The notes: generated by a model from the letters alone, not told the origin. A DNA stretch of 64,000 bases from Phoronis australis (GCA_002633005.1 NMRA01000523.1:60748-124747); one strand, 5' to 3'. Positions 25,301 to 38,267 are shown, counted from the first letter of the stretch. Numbers and translations: made by a program.

Positions 25301-28300
25301 TGTCTGGCCATCAGGATCTGTCAGTATCTCAGGCTGTCGGAGGCAGAAGGGTCTAGTCGTATACTGGCCCACTGGGCATGTGATAAGGTAATGTGTAATA
25401 GTCGTTGGTTTTACGCTGCAAGCTTAAAGGGACATTTGCTGAATTTTTAGTAATTTTGTCTGGCCATCAGGGTCTGAAAGCACATGAACACTACAGTTAG
25501 TTTCAGAAGAAACTAGATGTATTTTTAAAAAACTTCTGTTTGGCACACCAAATTTGGACTAACTTCTTTCTAGAATCATTAGATAGTCTAATTATACTTT
25601 CGTAGCAGTGAAACTAATAGCATTTTTGTCAAACGCTGGTCAGAATTTAGTGTGACGTTATTGCGTCTAGCCACTTACTGTTAATTTTGTGAAAGGACAT
25701 GCAAGGAAAATTGTCACAGAATCAACCTTGTACGTGGGGGCAACACCTTTCAAGGTATTGTCAAGATTCAGCTGAAATTGAAACTGATTCTAGCCGAAAA
25801 GAAAATGAATAATAACCCATGCTTCAAAGGGTCGAATATCGGAGTTGTCTAGATTATTTTTAAAACTACTTAAAGTCACTCAGTCACAGTGTCATCAGTA
25901 CTCTTAGTTGTGCTATTGCACACTCCCGTTACTCACCATAAGTCCACCGTAGGCTATGCATAGTATAGCGACACCAGTGTGATGCCATAGCATCTTATTC
26001 TTCCCTGAAGAACCATCATACTGTACAAGCTATCATGGGGGTCTGTAGGTTTAGGAGAGTGGCCATGCCATATTCATGTATTTGGCAACAAAATTTTATG
26101 TGTCTGAATTTTTTTCAAAGTCTTAAGAGTGTCATCATGGTCTTCTTTTTCCTGCCAACGCAGTACGGTTTTGCTACGGTTTTAGAACTGAGATAAACCA
26201 AGAGGCACTATGTGGACAGTCTCACTTAGACATTGGGTTAGTGTGGTCTGAGAGGGCATCGTCAAGTGACATTGAGCCTGTGGCATGGGAAATACTGGCC
26301 ACTTCTTTGAGATGGCAAGATTAAAGGGATGTCAAGTCGTAGACTAGAAAACATGACAAAACTAATAAAATCATCTCATTTAATTAGATGTCTAGTTAAT
26401 GTGGTTTCAAGTGTTGCTAAAAATTAATATAACTTTACGCATGGTGATACAGGTTTGATGTCAATACTGCATTTGGAAGAAAGTAATTAAGCTGGCAATG
26501 CCACTGACTACACTTTCACTGGTTTTTGTTAATAATCACACAGCCAATTCAAATTTCTAGAATGAAATGAGGAAGCAATGCGTGACTTAGTGCTTGATGT
26601 GCGCGTGTAGTTCCATGACCGGTGGCCTTATTTCACTTTCTGTCTGTTTGTTAGGTACAACAAACTAACGTTGATGATGAGACTGTCGCCAGAGCCATAG
26701 CGACCAAACTAGGGGACACTCCAGGTGTATCTTATTCAGAGATTGCCAACAGAGCCATCGAGAGTGGCAAGACAGACTTGGCCATAAGGGTATGTCCGAC
26801 TGCTGTAACAGTACACGCAAAAAATAATCAGACAAGTTTGACCCAAAATTCTCTGTTGTGGTGGCTCAACACAAGCAGTATTTCTGTTATTTTATTGATT
26901 TGATGGTTGAGTGCAATTAATGGAATTCATTATCGGGGTAACTATAACGACAAATCATGATTAGTTTTGAAGAGTCGTTGGCGGTCGTGATGGGGAAACA
27001 CTATTGTCTGATTACTTCTGATTTGTATTGCTTTTCATGAAAATTTGTTTAGGATGTTAACTGCAGAGGTCACTTGTAACCATTTCTGCAATTACCCATC
27101 ACTTCAGTAATACTCCAAGGACATGAAACTAATGAAATACCTTATTTAGTTGTAATAATTGATTAGTTCAGGCAGTCATGTGAAGTCTTCATTCTTAATT
27201 ATGCAAATTAATTCTTTGTGCATCAAAATTATGATTTTTATACTTTAACAGTTATGAAAGTTGCGTTATGTTTGCAACCCACTTTCAAATCTCTTGATGA
27301 AGCTGAAAACTGAATTTCCCTTTACTTGTCATTTGACCTTTCGCAAGCTCCGCCCACTTGTCAATTCTCTTACTGCATCAGTTCTCAGTGTGTTCTTGTA
27401 TTGGTTGGTTTTTGTGCAGTTGTTGGAGTATGAGCCTAAGGCTGCTGAGCAAGTGCCACTATTGATGAAGATATCAAGGGACAGACTGGCCCTTGAGAAG
27501 GCTATAGAGAGTGGAGATACTGACCTCAGTAAGTAGAGTGTGTCATGGGCCCCTTGTGGGGAATCATGGGGAAGGCACTGGTCTCACATAGTGGGGACAC
27601 TGATCACCTTGAGTCGAGTGTATTATGGGGCCCTGTAAGGGAAACTCTCAGGTAATGTACGGTCCTTAACTAATGGGACACTGACCTCAGTGAGGAGATA
27701 GTATTGTGGGTCTGGTGTGCGGCACCCCACAAAAACATAGTTCAACTCCCAACTGTGACAAATATTGGTCCGTCAGAGGTGGGCCTCACAAATGAACTGA
27801 AACCAGGAGGAATGTTGGACTGTGGATCTCATTTTCAGAGTAAATTGTTTAATCAAGTATGTGACTGTGTTTACCGGCAGGTTATTGTGGTAATACTGAG
27901 GTTGGCAGGCTCACCATGGCAAAGGAACAAGTAGCCATCAGCAATGTCTTTGTAATACTAATGCCCATTTGCAATGTTACCGAGTCCAGTATTCATTTAA
28001 TATGAAGTTATCAAACCTTTATTTGTACAAAAATGCAATAATCAGAAACTTTTTGAAATGTTCTTCTGATGTTACGAATCTCTGTGGCTCCTATTGAGAA
28101 TGGTCATTAGCTCCTGATTCCTGCAAACTGAGTGTGTCTCCCTCTAGCTGTGTTTCTAGACAACAACTCTATGGCCCTTGATCAAGAATCAGTCAAATTA
28201 AATTTGATTCAATGTACTTCACCTGGACAAATTGTAATGTCCATCATCTGACCTGTACATTGTTGTTTTTTTATCAGAGGACCCGCCATTTTTATTCTGT

Positions 28301-31300
28301 TTCAGTTTACTTGGTCATTCTGCATCTGAGAGATTCGATGAAGCTCGGCGACTTCCTTATGACGATAAGAAATCATTCTGTAGCATACTCGCTATTTCAA
28401 CAGGTGAACGCAATTACCGTACATCCTTTAAGTAATATTCATTCTAAAAATTTGTATTTATGTTCTACAATTTCACCCATTTCAAAATTAAATTCTACCT
28501 GTTGTTGACTACTAAAGACCCATCAGCTAAAGGAATATTGGATAAATGCCCCTCATATCTGCAACTAAACTTACCCGTTTCCATGCCAATCTTTGTCACT
28601 AGTTTGGAAAGATTTTTTGCTGATGTGGACCATGTTAATGCCTATTGAATTTTTTAGCCGTTCAAAGTATAATGTAGATGGTGTGACTAACTTAAGCTCA
28701 GTTTCTTCCAATAACACTCGAAATCGGCTAACATATTATCTTTTAAATCTTGAAATATGCCTTATTGTAAAATTGACCAGTACCTTATCCTAAGTTTCAT
28801 TTTCTTTCAGTATTGTCGTGAAGAAAACAAACTAAAGATGCTTCAGGATCTACACTACCAGGATGACAACTTTCAGGAGGAGGGGCATTGTAAAGTGATT
28901 GACAGCTACACTGAAGAGGCATGATGGTTTTTCAGTGTTCTATAGGCTTAATGTGGCCACATTAATTCTCATTATTCTTCAACGCAAACCCTTGATATGA
29001 TGATGTTACACTGCATAGTCGTTTATGTATCAAGTTTCATTTCATCAGCTCTGCAAGATTTATGCATCATTTGAAATGAAAACCATGCAAATGTTAATGT
29101 TTACCATTTGTGTAATTTTCTAAATAGAGAATTTTGTCTTGTTTTTACAGAGAATTGACAGTCGCTTAAGCAATTTAGTGGCAGCGCATGATGCGTATTT
29201 GAAGGCCAAGAATGATTGGGCTGCAAAGGTCTGTTGATTTAACTAGTAATTAAAGGAATGATTTACTTTTAATTACTGGACTCTTGAGCTATTTCTGTTT
29301 CACTCACTGTGAGGATTCTTCAATTTTGGACAAAGAAGTCGCTAAAGGTTGTAAGTTCATCAATAATTTCGCCATTGTCATTACTTCACAGTGTGTATTC
29401 TGAGCAAACCATTCTAACTACCTTGGAGTTTTCTGTTTTATTTGACTCCGAACAGATAATTATGATGTGCGCTAATTTTATTGGCGAAAACTTAAAGGGA
29501 CGTTATCGGTTTCACGTCTGAAAATGAATTTTTGTGATTATTGATGGGTAGGATAGACTCGATGAAGTTACAAAGCCACAAAAATTCATCATGTTTCCGG
29601 TCCTATTACAAATTGTAATTTCTCACTGTTGTCTACCAGCCATTTGATGAAATTAAGGTACAAGTCTTTACAATTTAAATAACGTTAAAAATACTCAGCT
29701 ACTTAAAGTGGCATAGAGAGAGAAAAATGAGTCAGATTAAATGCATTTCACAGTGGTTCTCTGCCACTGAATTAAATGTCAAACTGTTTACAAGATATTT
29801 TTACAGTCTGTTTGTAAAGATTTTGAATTTCTGTTGATGTCAAAGAGTTTTTCATTTAGTTTCAAAATTTCAAAAAACAACCTGTAGACTGCTCATCACT
29901 ACTCAGTTTTTCTCCCACATGTCAAAGCCTGTCTCCTTATTTGGTATGGCAAGACATAGACATAGCACTTTTACCTTATTTAGAAAATGTGACCTTAGAC
30001 CTTTGATGTAAGCATAACAAACGTGATTTCAAGCAGCAGTCAGTTCTACTTCTTGGAGGTCATGCACGCATTTTTAATATTTAGGAGCAGAGAATTTGAC
30101 AGTTGTGTTGAGATGAAAGAGTTAACTTTATATTTTGTCTGTGTTTCAAAAATAGTGAATCTAATGATGTTTTTAGAAATTCTTGCTTTTTACGAATTTT
30201 GGCGTTCCATGCCTCTTTAATGTGTGAGATTTCACTCAATGGCGGAGAGTTCAGCTGCTACTGGGGACGTGGTGGGTTTAACTCTGTGCTACTTCTAATT
30301 ACTATAAAATTACTTTCTCACTGAGATTGTTCCTGTAACGGAATGCCCACCCCCTGAGTTTCTAGTTCCTCTTTTCATAAACATCGGGCGTTAACCCCAG
30401 TGGATTTTTCATATATTTATTTATAGTATGTTGCAATAACCTCATACTGAACTCAAATGATTAACTGTTAGCAGGTATGACGGAACATTATTAATTTGTT
30501 TAATATTTCTCTTTGTTTTGTGAAATTTTACAAAACAGAATATATTTGCTACTTTCGCAAAACACTGAAGACTATTCACTCTTTCTAGTTCATAACTGTA
30601 CAATTATACTCCCACAGCACTGCGATGAACAAGTCAAGCTATTGAAGTACCAGAGACGTTTGGAAGAAGAGCTCAACAGACAGTATCTTGACCTCTCTCT
30701 ACATCAAACTATTTACAACCTTACCATGAGTGGTAATCATAAACTTGCGGAACAGATGAGGAAAGAGTTCAAAGTGCCTGATAAACGGCAAGTTGCGTTG
30801 ATCATTCATTTCAAGATGCTATAAACAGGCGTGCTATGAAAATTGGTATTGAAGCACACCATTTGCAGTTATAGCACTTGTGTGCGGCTAGTATTTTTTA
30901 AACATTTTGGGTTTGGAGGGGTTAACTAGTCTGCATAGTGTCTTAGAATGTTGCAGAGTGTTTTTAATGATGGTTGTCATTCAAACTCAATGGGCCATTT
31001 GAACTCGACATGCCACGTCAGTGAAAGTAGCTCGTTGTGGACCCTGCCGTCAGTCACAAGACCCTTTAATACTAACTTAACTCCGATATGAGCGGAGCTT
31101 TGAGATCAACTGCGAAGTAAATTGAATCGTTCATACCAGCTTTGGTAGTTAACGGCATCAATGTAAACGGTAGGTGACATTGTCATTAACGCAGTAATCG
31201 CTAGGTAGCGCTGATGCATCCCGTGCATTCTGAGATTTTTTTAATTGGACAATTTGGGAAAATTTACGTGTGCTGGATTGGTGATTATTTGAGCAAAATA

Positions 31301-33046
31301 TAAGCATTGGTGAAGACACGCCCCTTTAGTTGTTGACGATAACAGTGGCCCCTGGTGATAATTTCATTGGCACCGAAGTTGACCATTCATACCACACCAG
31401 GACTGAAGTTAACTGTTCATACTGACTACAACTACCCAACACATCGACGCATCGACATTGAAAACATCCATAGAACTGTTCCAGTTGGCTTCTGTGTGAC
31501 TGTAAATAGTGCTTAACAAACGATTTATTGTCGTAGCTGTGGAAATAATTATTCTGTTACCCCTCATGCATTCTGAATAGCCCAGCCTGGAATGAATGGC
31601 ACTCTGGATAGTCATTGTGTCACGTGTCTTAAGTAATTACAAATCCCTAATTTACTAATAATTTGAACCTGGTCGGAAAGTATTTTGCAGCTGCACGTTT
31701 CAGCCAGTACATGATATTGTTTATGATTTTGTTTGTAACGGAAGCATTTTTTGCAGATTTTGGTGGCTAAAAATTGGTGCTTTGGCTGAAGCAGGTGACT
31801 GGATGGAACTTGACAAATTTCACAAGAGTAAGAAGTCTCCTATTGGTTACGAGGTAAGTGGATGTGGATGTGTGGCTCTGCTATGGTCACCTAATCAATT
31901 CGCTAGGTACAAATCTAAGAGCAAGCATCCTGAATATATTAAGTTTTTGTCATTTTTTCAATCTAAGTTTGACAAAATGAGTTTGGTTTAGTATTTTGTG
32001 ATGTGTGTTTTTTAACTTATTACAAAGTGGGAAGTATTTTTATGTGCTTCGTATTTTGATTGAAATATTCTGTTTCAGCCTTTTGTTGATGTTTGTATCA
32101 AGCACAGTAACAAATATGAAGCTCAGAAGTATGTGCCGAAAGTGTCAGCTGACAACAAAGTGAGGTGCTATGTGAAAGTGGGGTGAGTTTTATGGCTTCC
32201 ATGTTTATGACCTGTTACAACACTGGCTGTTGTCGATTCTAGTTCCCGCAGTCCTTTTTTCATTTTGGAATGACGCATGCTCTTGTGTTGGCACACGGTG
32301 TAATAACTGAATAGTGCTCATTGAGATGATGAAGAGAATGCGTACAGGCTCAAATTGACTTGGCAAGTCTCGTCATTTTATGTGGCGAGCGTGGAAGTTT
32401 GAATTCTTTGCAAACAAGAATTGTTTTCTAATCTGAGTAAGAAACTGGTTCAGATAAATTTTTCATCGATAAGTGTAGGACGGTGTAAATTAAAAGTTAT
32501 TGCTTCTTGGATGGAACACGGGTTCGTGGCCATTTTAAGGCATACAGCCTCAATGCCAACATAGCTATCACATTGGCCGGTGTGTGCTTTGTCATCCACT
32601 GGGGTCTGACTTAAGACTTAAGAAATTGGGTCTTGTGCTCCCTCTTCAAATTTGCTGAAAAAGTGTTGAACCAAGTCATTGAGAGCATATCACAGTCTAG
32701 AAATACTTTACAGGAAGAGTCTCAGTTACTAGCTGTCATGCGTTTATTCTCAGACACTTTGTACTTTTGCTCAAGTGAGATTTAAATATTTGTCAGAAAT
32801 AGTTGCTTGGGACAGAAGGTCAAATTTCTCACTCAATTCCTTAAGTCACTTTTTCACGAAACGGAACCCGGGTATTGTTATTCAACTATGTGCCCTTGCA
32901 GCAATTTGCAAGAAGCAGCCGAGACGGCCTTCCAGCAGAAGAGTGAGGAAGGACTCGAGTTTGTGTTGAAGAGATGTGGGCCCATGAACAGGACGTTGGC
33001 TGAGAAGATTGTTCAGATGAGAGCTCAACTGTCGGGCAGGAAGTAA
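13325..33046 (+). CDS. VPS16: vacuolar protein sorting-associated protein 16 (HOPS/CORVET core subunit), 21 coding exons, 832 aa
   Basis: The exons listed below join in frame to 2499 nt. The protein starts [24 protein letters not shown] and contains VPS16 hallmarks: [81 protein letters not shown]. Confidence 0.98.
14325..14413 (+). CDS. VPS16: VPS16 exon 2
   Basis: [29 protein letters not shown]; AG/GT flanks. Confidence 0.95.
15235..15335 (+). CDS. VPS16: VPS16 exon 3
   Basis: ALIRDDSK...[18 protein letters not shown]. Confidence 0.95.
16880..17008 (+). CDS. VPS16: VPS16 exon 4
   Basis: [43 protein letters not shown]. Confidence 0.95.
18518..18662 (+). CDS. VPS16: VPS16 exon 5
   Basis: [13 protein letters not shown]...GTGIAILT...RRLAEVP. 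Confidence 0.95.
19309..19427 (+). CDS. VPS16: VPS16 exon 6
   Basis: [12 protein letters not shown]...[13 protein letters not shown]. Confidence 0.93.
20526..20701 (+). CDS. VPS16: VPS16 exon 7
   Basis: TPDVS...[17 protein letters not shown]...PPKQLVW. Confidence 0.95.
21243..21317 (+). CDS. VPS16: VPS16 exon 8
   Basis: [24 protein letters not shown]; followed by U12 donor ATATCCTTT. Confidence 0.93.
   Translation: MWRRCSCGLLGEHSAYGGAPEGLH
21318..21691 (+). other. U12-type (minor spliceosome) AT-AC intron
   Basis: 5' splice site ATATCCTTT; branch point TTCCTTAAC at 21674-21682; 3' end CAC at 21691; the splice keeps the frame (DYI-S-YSLDSP). Confidence 0.93.
21692..21786 (+). CDS. VPS16: VPS16 exon 9
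   Basis: [31 protein letters not shown]. Confidence 0.93.
22434..22636 (+). CDS. VPS16: VPS16 exon 10
   Basis: [21 protein letters not shown]...QKSLLK. Confidence 0.95.
24348..24475 (+). CDS. VPS16: VPS16 exon 11
   Basis: AASFGKSF...[19 protein letters not shown](Q); followed by U12 donor GTATCCTTT. Confidence 0.95.
24476..25242 (+). other. U12-type GT-AG intron
   Basis: 5' splice site GTATCCTTT; branch-like TTCCATGAC at 25223-25231, about 12 nt from the AG; no polypyrimidine tract at the acceptor. Confidence 0.88.
25243..25387 (+). CDS. VPS16: VPS16 exon 12
   Basis: [14 protein letters not shown]...[11 protein letters not shown]. Confidence 0.95.
26655..26789 (+). CDS. VPS16: VPS16 exon 13
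   Basis: [31 protein letters not shown]...DLAIR. Confidence 0.95.
27420..27528 (+). CDS. VPS16: VPS16 exon 14
   Basis: [17 protein letters not shown]...[10 protein letters not shown]. Confidence 0.95.
28306..28403 (+). CDS. VPS16: VPS16 exon 15
   Basis: [33 protein letters not shown]. Confidence 0.95.
28811..28918 (+). CDS. VPS16: VPS16 exon 16 (GC donor)
   Basis: YCREENK...[13 protein letters not shown]...SYTEE; donor AG|GCATGA. Confidence 0.88.
29151..29228 (+). CDS. VPS16: VPS16 exon 17
   Basis: [26 protein letters not shown]. Confidence 0.93.
30618..30787 (+). CDS. VPS16: VPS16 exon 18 (GC donor)
   Basis: [16 protein letters not shown]...EFKVPDK(R); donor CG|GCAAGT. Confidence 0.93.
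31757..31853 (+). CDS. VPS16: VPS16 exon 19
   Basis: [32 protein letters not shown]. Confidence 0.96.
32079..32182 (+). CDS. VPS16: VPS16 exon 20
   Basis: [22 protein letters not shown]...CYVKV(G). Confidence 0.95.
32902..33046 (+). CDS. VPS16: VPS16 exon 21 (stop)
   Basis: [13 protein letters not shown]...AQLSGRK*; AATAAA at ~33268. Confidence 0.93.
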
Positions 33047-36000
33047 CCAGTGTGATAGTTGGTGATATGCACCTCCACTCTGGATCACTGCAATATTTCT
33101 GTGGTTTAATTCCGGGGTCATATTTCAGACGAGAACTCGACTCTCGTGCGGGAAGTAATTGAATGACCATGTTAGACAGTTTGTGGTGTGCTCCTCCACA
33201 ATTATAGTCCAAGGAGTGTGGTTGAACGTCGCCTTTGACAACTTTCACATCAAGTTTTTTTTGGACCAATAAACCCTGACAAAATTTTGTGAGCTGTTTA
33301 TTATGCTGGTAGTCACAAGGTATGGCAGTTTGAAGTCGTCACGCACATATTCGAGTTTGCACTCAAATTACTGCACGAACTAAACAGACGGGAGTTGGAA
33401 TCGTTCAGCAAAAATAGGAAAGGACTGATGAGTCATGCACAGGTAGCAGGTAACATGTTCTGATTGACTGATCCTGCCTTAAAAGGTGAACCTGGGTGGG
33501 ATGTTGGACCTGAGGGCGCGAGACACAATCTTTCGTTTGGCAAAAAAATTGTCTGAATGATCTTCCATTTATTTCATCATTTTGGCTGTTGCCAACTATG
33601 GATAGTCTGTAGAGGACCATAAGCACTTTCCTTGCCTTGCCACCTCAATGCTTATATGGTGACCTGGGCATTTTACCAGGTGGCATTTGACTTTATGCTA
33701 AGCATTGGGCCGTGTCTCTATAAAAAGTCAAAAGACTTGAAAATTGTTCTGCATAGTGGTTCATATCAGCACAGACAATGTCTTTATTTTTTATTGTGCT
33801 GATGTTTGTCAGCTTTTTGTTCTGTGTCATCTATAGTGTAGTTCCCAATGTTTATTTGCTTTATTCATGAGTGCACGAAATGTACCGCTTTAAGGGGGAG
33901 TGGGTCGGCACTTGCTGCTAGTGTTTGCGTTTTTCGTTATATAGGTGACGATGCAAATACACAAAATAGTTTATTGTTTTCACAAATCATTGAAACTAAA
34001 CAAACTAGCAACAGTTTTTTTAAATGTGTCTATGATTCTTGGAAGGAAATGTCCAGACACTTTCATAATAGCCAAGGTTCCAGCTAACTTCAGCACGCAA
34101 ATGAACGAGATACGGAACTAGTCTTTTTGTGTTTGTAGTTTTGTTTTCACTACGAAAAAATTAAATTCTTGCAGGGGCAGTGGGGCAAATGTTTCATTAC
34201 ACTCCTGAAGGTGATGATTATGATTGAACAGTCCCTGAGACGTTTTGGTTTACTGCCTGTCTCGATGGGTTGTACCGAGGTGTGGTCCGGTGGTTGAGAA
34301 TCATTAGGATGTTGTGTTTGCTACTGCATCTTGGTGCTTGGCTATTTCTGTCCACGACTCGATTGTCACCTAGATGTTAATTCGTTGAATAGTGGTATTG
34401 ATTTGTTTTGATAAACGTAGTATGGGGTGAAAATTTATTGCATTGTGAATGGTTGTAGCCTATGTTCATTACCAATGGTTGTACCTAATATTAAAGTATG
34501 TTTTTATGACTTTTCCATCCCATATGATATTAATGTATGGTATATGTTATTATATATATTTATATAATATATATTATAGCATTAATATATGGTGTAAAAT
34601 CTTTGATCACTGAAGTGCAATATATACAGAAAAGTAATCTGATCTGTAGGTTTATTGAAAGTGCGACCAGTTGCTAAGGTGGTCAGTGAATATCTTAATT
34701 GTCTTATTAAGTTTGAGGTATGTCCTGTTCAGCAATGCCATTTCTGTTGTTATGGTGTAAATTTCATGTTGATGAAAACGACAGTGTAATTACTTGTTAA
34801 TTTAGATAATGAGAAATGTATGTGACATGAAAATCTCAAAAGTTGTTATAAATAATAATTAAATATCACAATTTACTTTCTCAAAATATATGTACAGTTC
34901 TGTAAATTGATGAGAATTAGCAGTGTGAGAATGGAACCACAAACAACAGTTTAGGAGGACCTTGAAGTCCAATACGACCTATTAGGCTACACGTACGCCC
35001 CCAATGAGATTTACCGAAAATAATCCCTTGGTTTACTTGAAATTGTCGTTTCTTTTTCTTTGGTACAGTTGGCGCAAATTCTCCATACCAGTTAACCCAG
35101 TTGTGAGGTCATAGGTTGTGGACCCACGCCACTTAAATAACCACATTTAACGCACCGTTGAAAATAGCTAAGGTGTGACTTCGCCCAAGAGAAGCTCCAG
35201 GGCTTGTTTCGTAACAAGTGACTAAAGGCTTAAGATAGAAATTTGGTGTCTCCTCCTCTTTCACAATTGCCAAATAAAGGTTTTGTCATATACTAGCACA
35301 CCACTGTGGAGAGATGATGGTTTCAAATTTTCTCACAGTTATGGGTGCATTGAATTTCTCAGACACTTTGTCTTTTGCTAAAATGAGTGTTAATTTTTTC
35401 AAAAATAATCATGTGGAGCCTAAGACCAAATTTGTCTCTGAAGTCCTTTAAGACAGTTTCATGAACAGTGACTTAAAAGTCACTGTTCATGAAACTGTTC
35501 CCATGTTTAGTCTCTAGATGAATTACTTGTGTCACTAAAATGTCAATAAATGGGCGCCTTCTACTACAAGTTTGTGAATGCTTCGATGCTCCGGCAATTC
35601 AAAGGCATCGAGGGGTACACTGAGTATAGTCGTACACACATGCTTTCTTCATCTTGAAACAAAGCAGTCCATTTCCTTCGGACTGGATCATTTGTACCAT
35701 CGAAACATTTTGACCAATCAAGTTCGGCAAGCTATCAGTACTTTTTGATTTCGTCGTATGCTGGTGTTGGTGTAACCTTCACAGTGTCGGGTGAGGTATG
35801 TGTGTACTCGTTACTGTAATTTCGACGCAAAACTCGTTCTTAAAAACATTTGCCATTTTCAATGTTCTTCATATTCACATTATTGCTATGTGTTGCGTTT
35901 CTAACTAATTTGACCAAGCAATCATGGAGATAAGGAATTAGCGTAGGCCTACACTACTGAGGATAAAAACGGAAGCACTGAACTCGTCAGTCGATAGTGC

Positions 36001-38189
36001 AGCAGTAACCAGATATGGAAAGCAATGTTACCAATTTCTTCAGTAGGAGTAGCATAAAAATAAAATTGCCACTAGGGGAACACAGTGGTACTCGGATCCG
36101 CCCAAATGTTGGCATTGTCCGTTGTCAACTTCATTTACATATACTGTACTTGTCAAATTCCATAAAGATCCTGCAGTGAATTTAGGAGATAGAGCCATAA
36201 ACACAAGAAAAACTGCCGTTAAGAGGTGCAGCAGTAGTCAGAGTCGTCCGATAATCACCATCAGCTGTCATCTTCACAGCAAATTTTGTAATCATCGTTA
36301 GAGTGGTTTGGTTGATAAAGGGGCGCACGCCAAAGACAGACAAGAAAACCGTAAAAATGGCTACTAGATGGCACAAATTACATCTAATTCGAAAACGGGA
36401 GCATGTCTGTCATCGATTCTTTTCGAGAGACCTCTTTACCGCATTCCATAAAAATCGGTCAAGCAAATTCAAAGAAACAGAGTAGCAGACCTTTGGACTA
36501 TAGGACCTTCGGAGCATAGAACAAGGAAGTTGACTTCGTAACCACGTCATTCCTCAGCCGGTAACGGCCCTTTTCTGAGTAATGGTCTTTCATAGTACAA
36601 GCCGATACTCCGAACACGTCAATGGTAAAATTAGCTTAGCCTATTAGGGGTTTTAACCCCGCAAATACAGGAAGGCACAACAGATGGAAACGTTGAAATA
36701 AACTGTTAAGAACAAAATACATTTTATCAGAATTTCATTGACTTGGGGGTAGACGAGGCCAGATTTGTATGCCAGTGTTCATTGGTTCGACAAAAGAAGG
36801 TTGCAGTGGATTTCAAAAGATTGTTTTTACTCATCTAGTCATGTGTACGTACCTCTGTTAGGATTGTTCAGATGTCGACGTCTTGTCATGTACAGTATTG
36901 CTGACTACCGTGTAATGTTCTATCCAGCAACTGATCTCTCCACTTTTTCGAGCGGGCATTTGGAATAAAAAATGAAGCCGCTATAAAACCCCGTTTCATC
37001 AAGGTGACGAACTCTTCATTTATACCAATTACAGAGTAAACCTAGCTTAAACTTGCTTTTCACCCACATGGAGGATACACCAGCTCTTGAAATGTTAAAA
37101 GAATGGCGACTCGTTATGGATTGAGACCTTAGTCGCGAAGCCTGGTATGAAAACTTGACGAATGGCCAGTTCTTTTCATTACGGCCCTGGGGTCTGCATG
37201 CGCGCACCCAGTCTGTAACATGAGAGGGCTTGAATTTCCGACGATGTGGACCTTTTTTACCAACAAAAAAAGCGGGAGGAGTAAAAGAAAACAAAAACAA
37301 AAAACGGGTTACCACGTTCGGAGCTGTAAATTGTCCGTTTATGCCTTTTTAGGGGAGTCAAGTCTCGTTTTCTAGGACTTTTTGTTTCTCTGGAGCGGAC
37401 CTCTTGTCTACTTTGCCAAATGGGGGGCTCTTTCTGGTCTGTTTGATGAAAAGTGTCTTGAGACTTAAGATAGAAATTTGCTCTTACGTTCCCACTTCAT
37501 AATTACCAAATAAAGGTCTAATCACGTGACTACCAGCCCATAACTGCCTGTAAATAGTTTGAACAAAATTTCTTAGTAAGTAGCAGTTATGGGCATATTC
37601 TCAAGAATTTTTTTCTTTTGCTAAATCGCGTTTCAGATACTTTTAAGAAATATTTATGTGGAAGGTAAGACTAAATTTCTGTCTCAAGTCTTAATTAAGT
37701 CACTTTTCATGAAAATGTCCCCTGAAATCACTGGTCTCTAATACCTGTAGGTAAGAAAAAAATTTAGACCAATTTCACTGTATATTATTTAAGTCATGTG
37801 TCAGTTTCTTGACAACTGGACAGTTAATTAATTTGTGCAATTAGTACAGATTACGTCGAATTTTTGTACATGTAGTTCAGTCGCTTAGGAATACGAGTTG
37901 TAAGTTAAGTTTTGGCTAGAGTAGCCACAATGTACCAATCGTAAGCAGTGCAGTCAGTACATAATCAAATGACGTCATCCCGTGTACTAAAAGATAGGCA
38001 AAAACTGAACGAGACATATAGATTATTACGTGGCGAAGTCGTTATCTCCCGTTATCTAGAGCCCGAGTGGATTTTGGAGAATTATCGCCCGAGGGGCGTT
38101 TATTTTCATACCTCAATATTAGCCTCGAATGGCAGATACAACAGCGTAATAACTCATAAAGTTATCTCACTAGCGAGATAACAATTTGG

Positions 38190-38267
38190 CTGGAAACCGA
38201 GGCCGGATTCGAACCCGGGCCTCAAGAGTTCCGAATCGCCGACTTTACCACTACACCACTCAGCGGC
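38190..38267 (-). mobile_element. tRNA-derived element (SINE head or pseudo-tRNA)
   Basis: Minus strand GCTGAGTGGTGTAGTGGTAAAG...CCCGGGTTCGAATCCGGCCTCGGT has Pol III A and B boxes and a T-arm, but the anticodon stem does not pair. Confidence 0.65.

Noticed and set aside
36182-36376. Hydrophobic minus ORF as a signal-peptide exon of copy C
   Set aside because: It starts at TTG with no in-frame ATG and no good donor; the real exon-1 relic is at 44342-44410.
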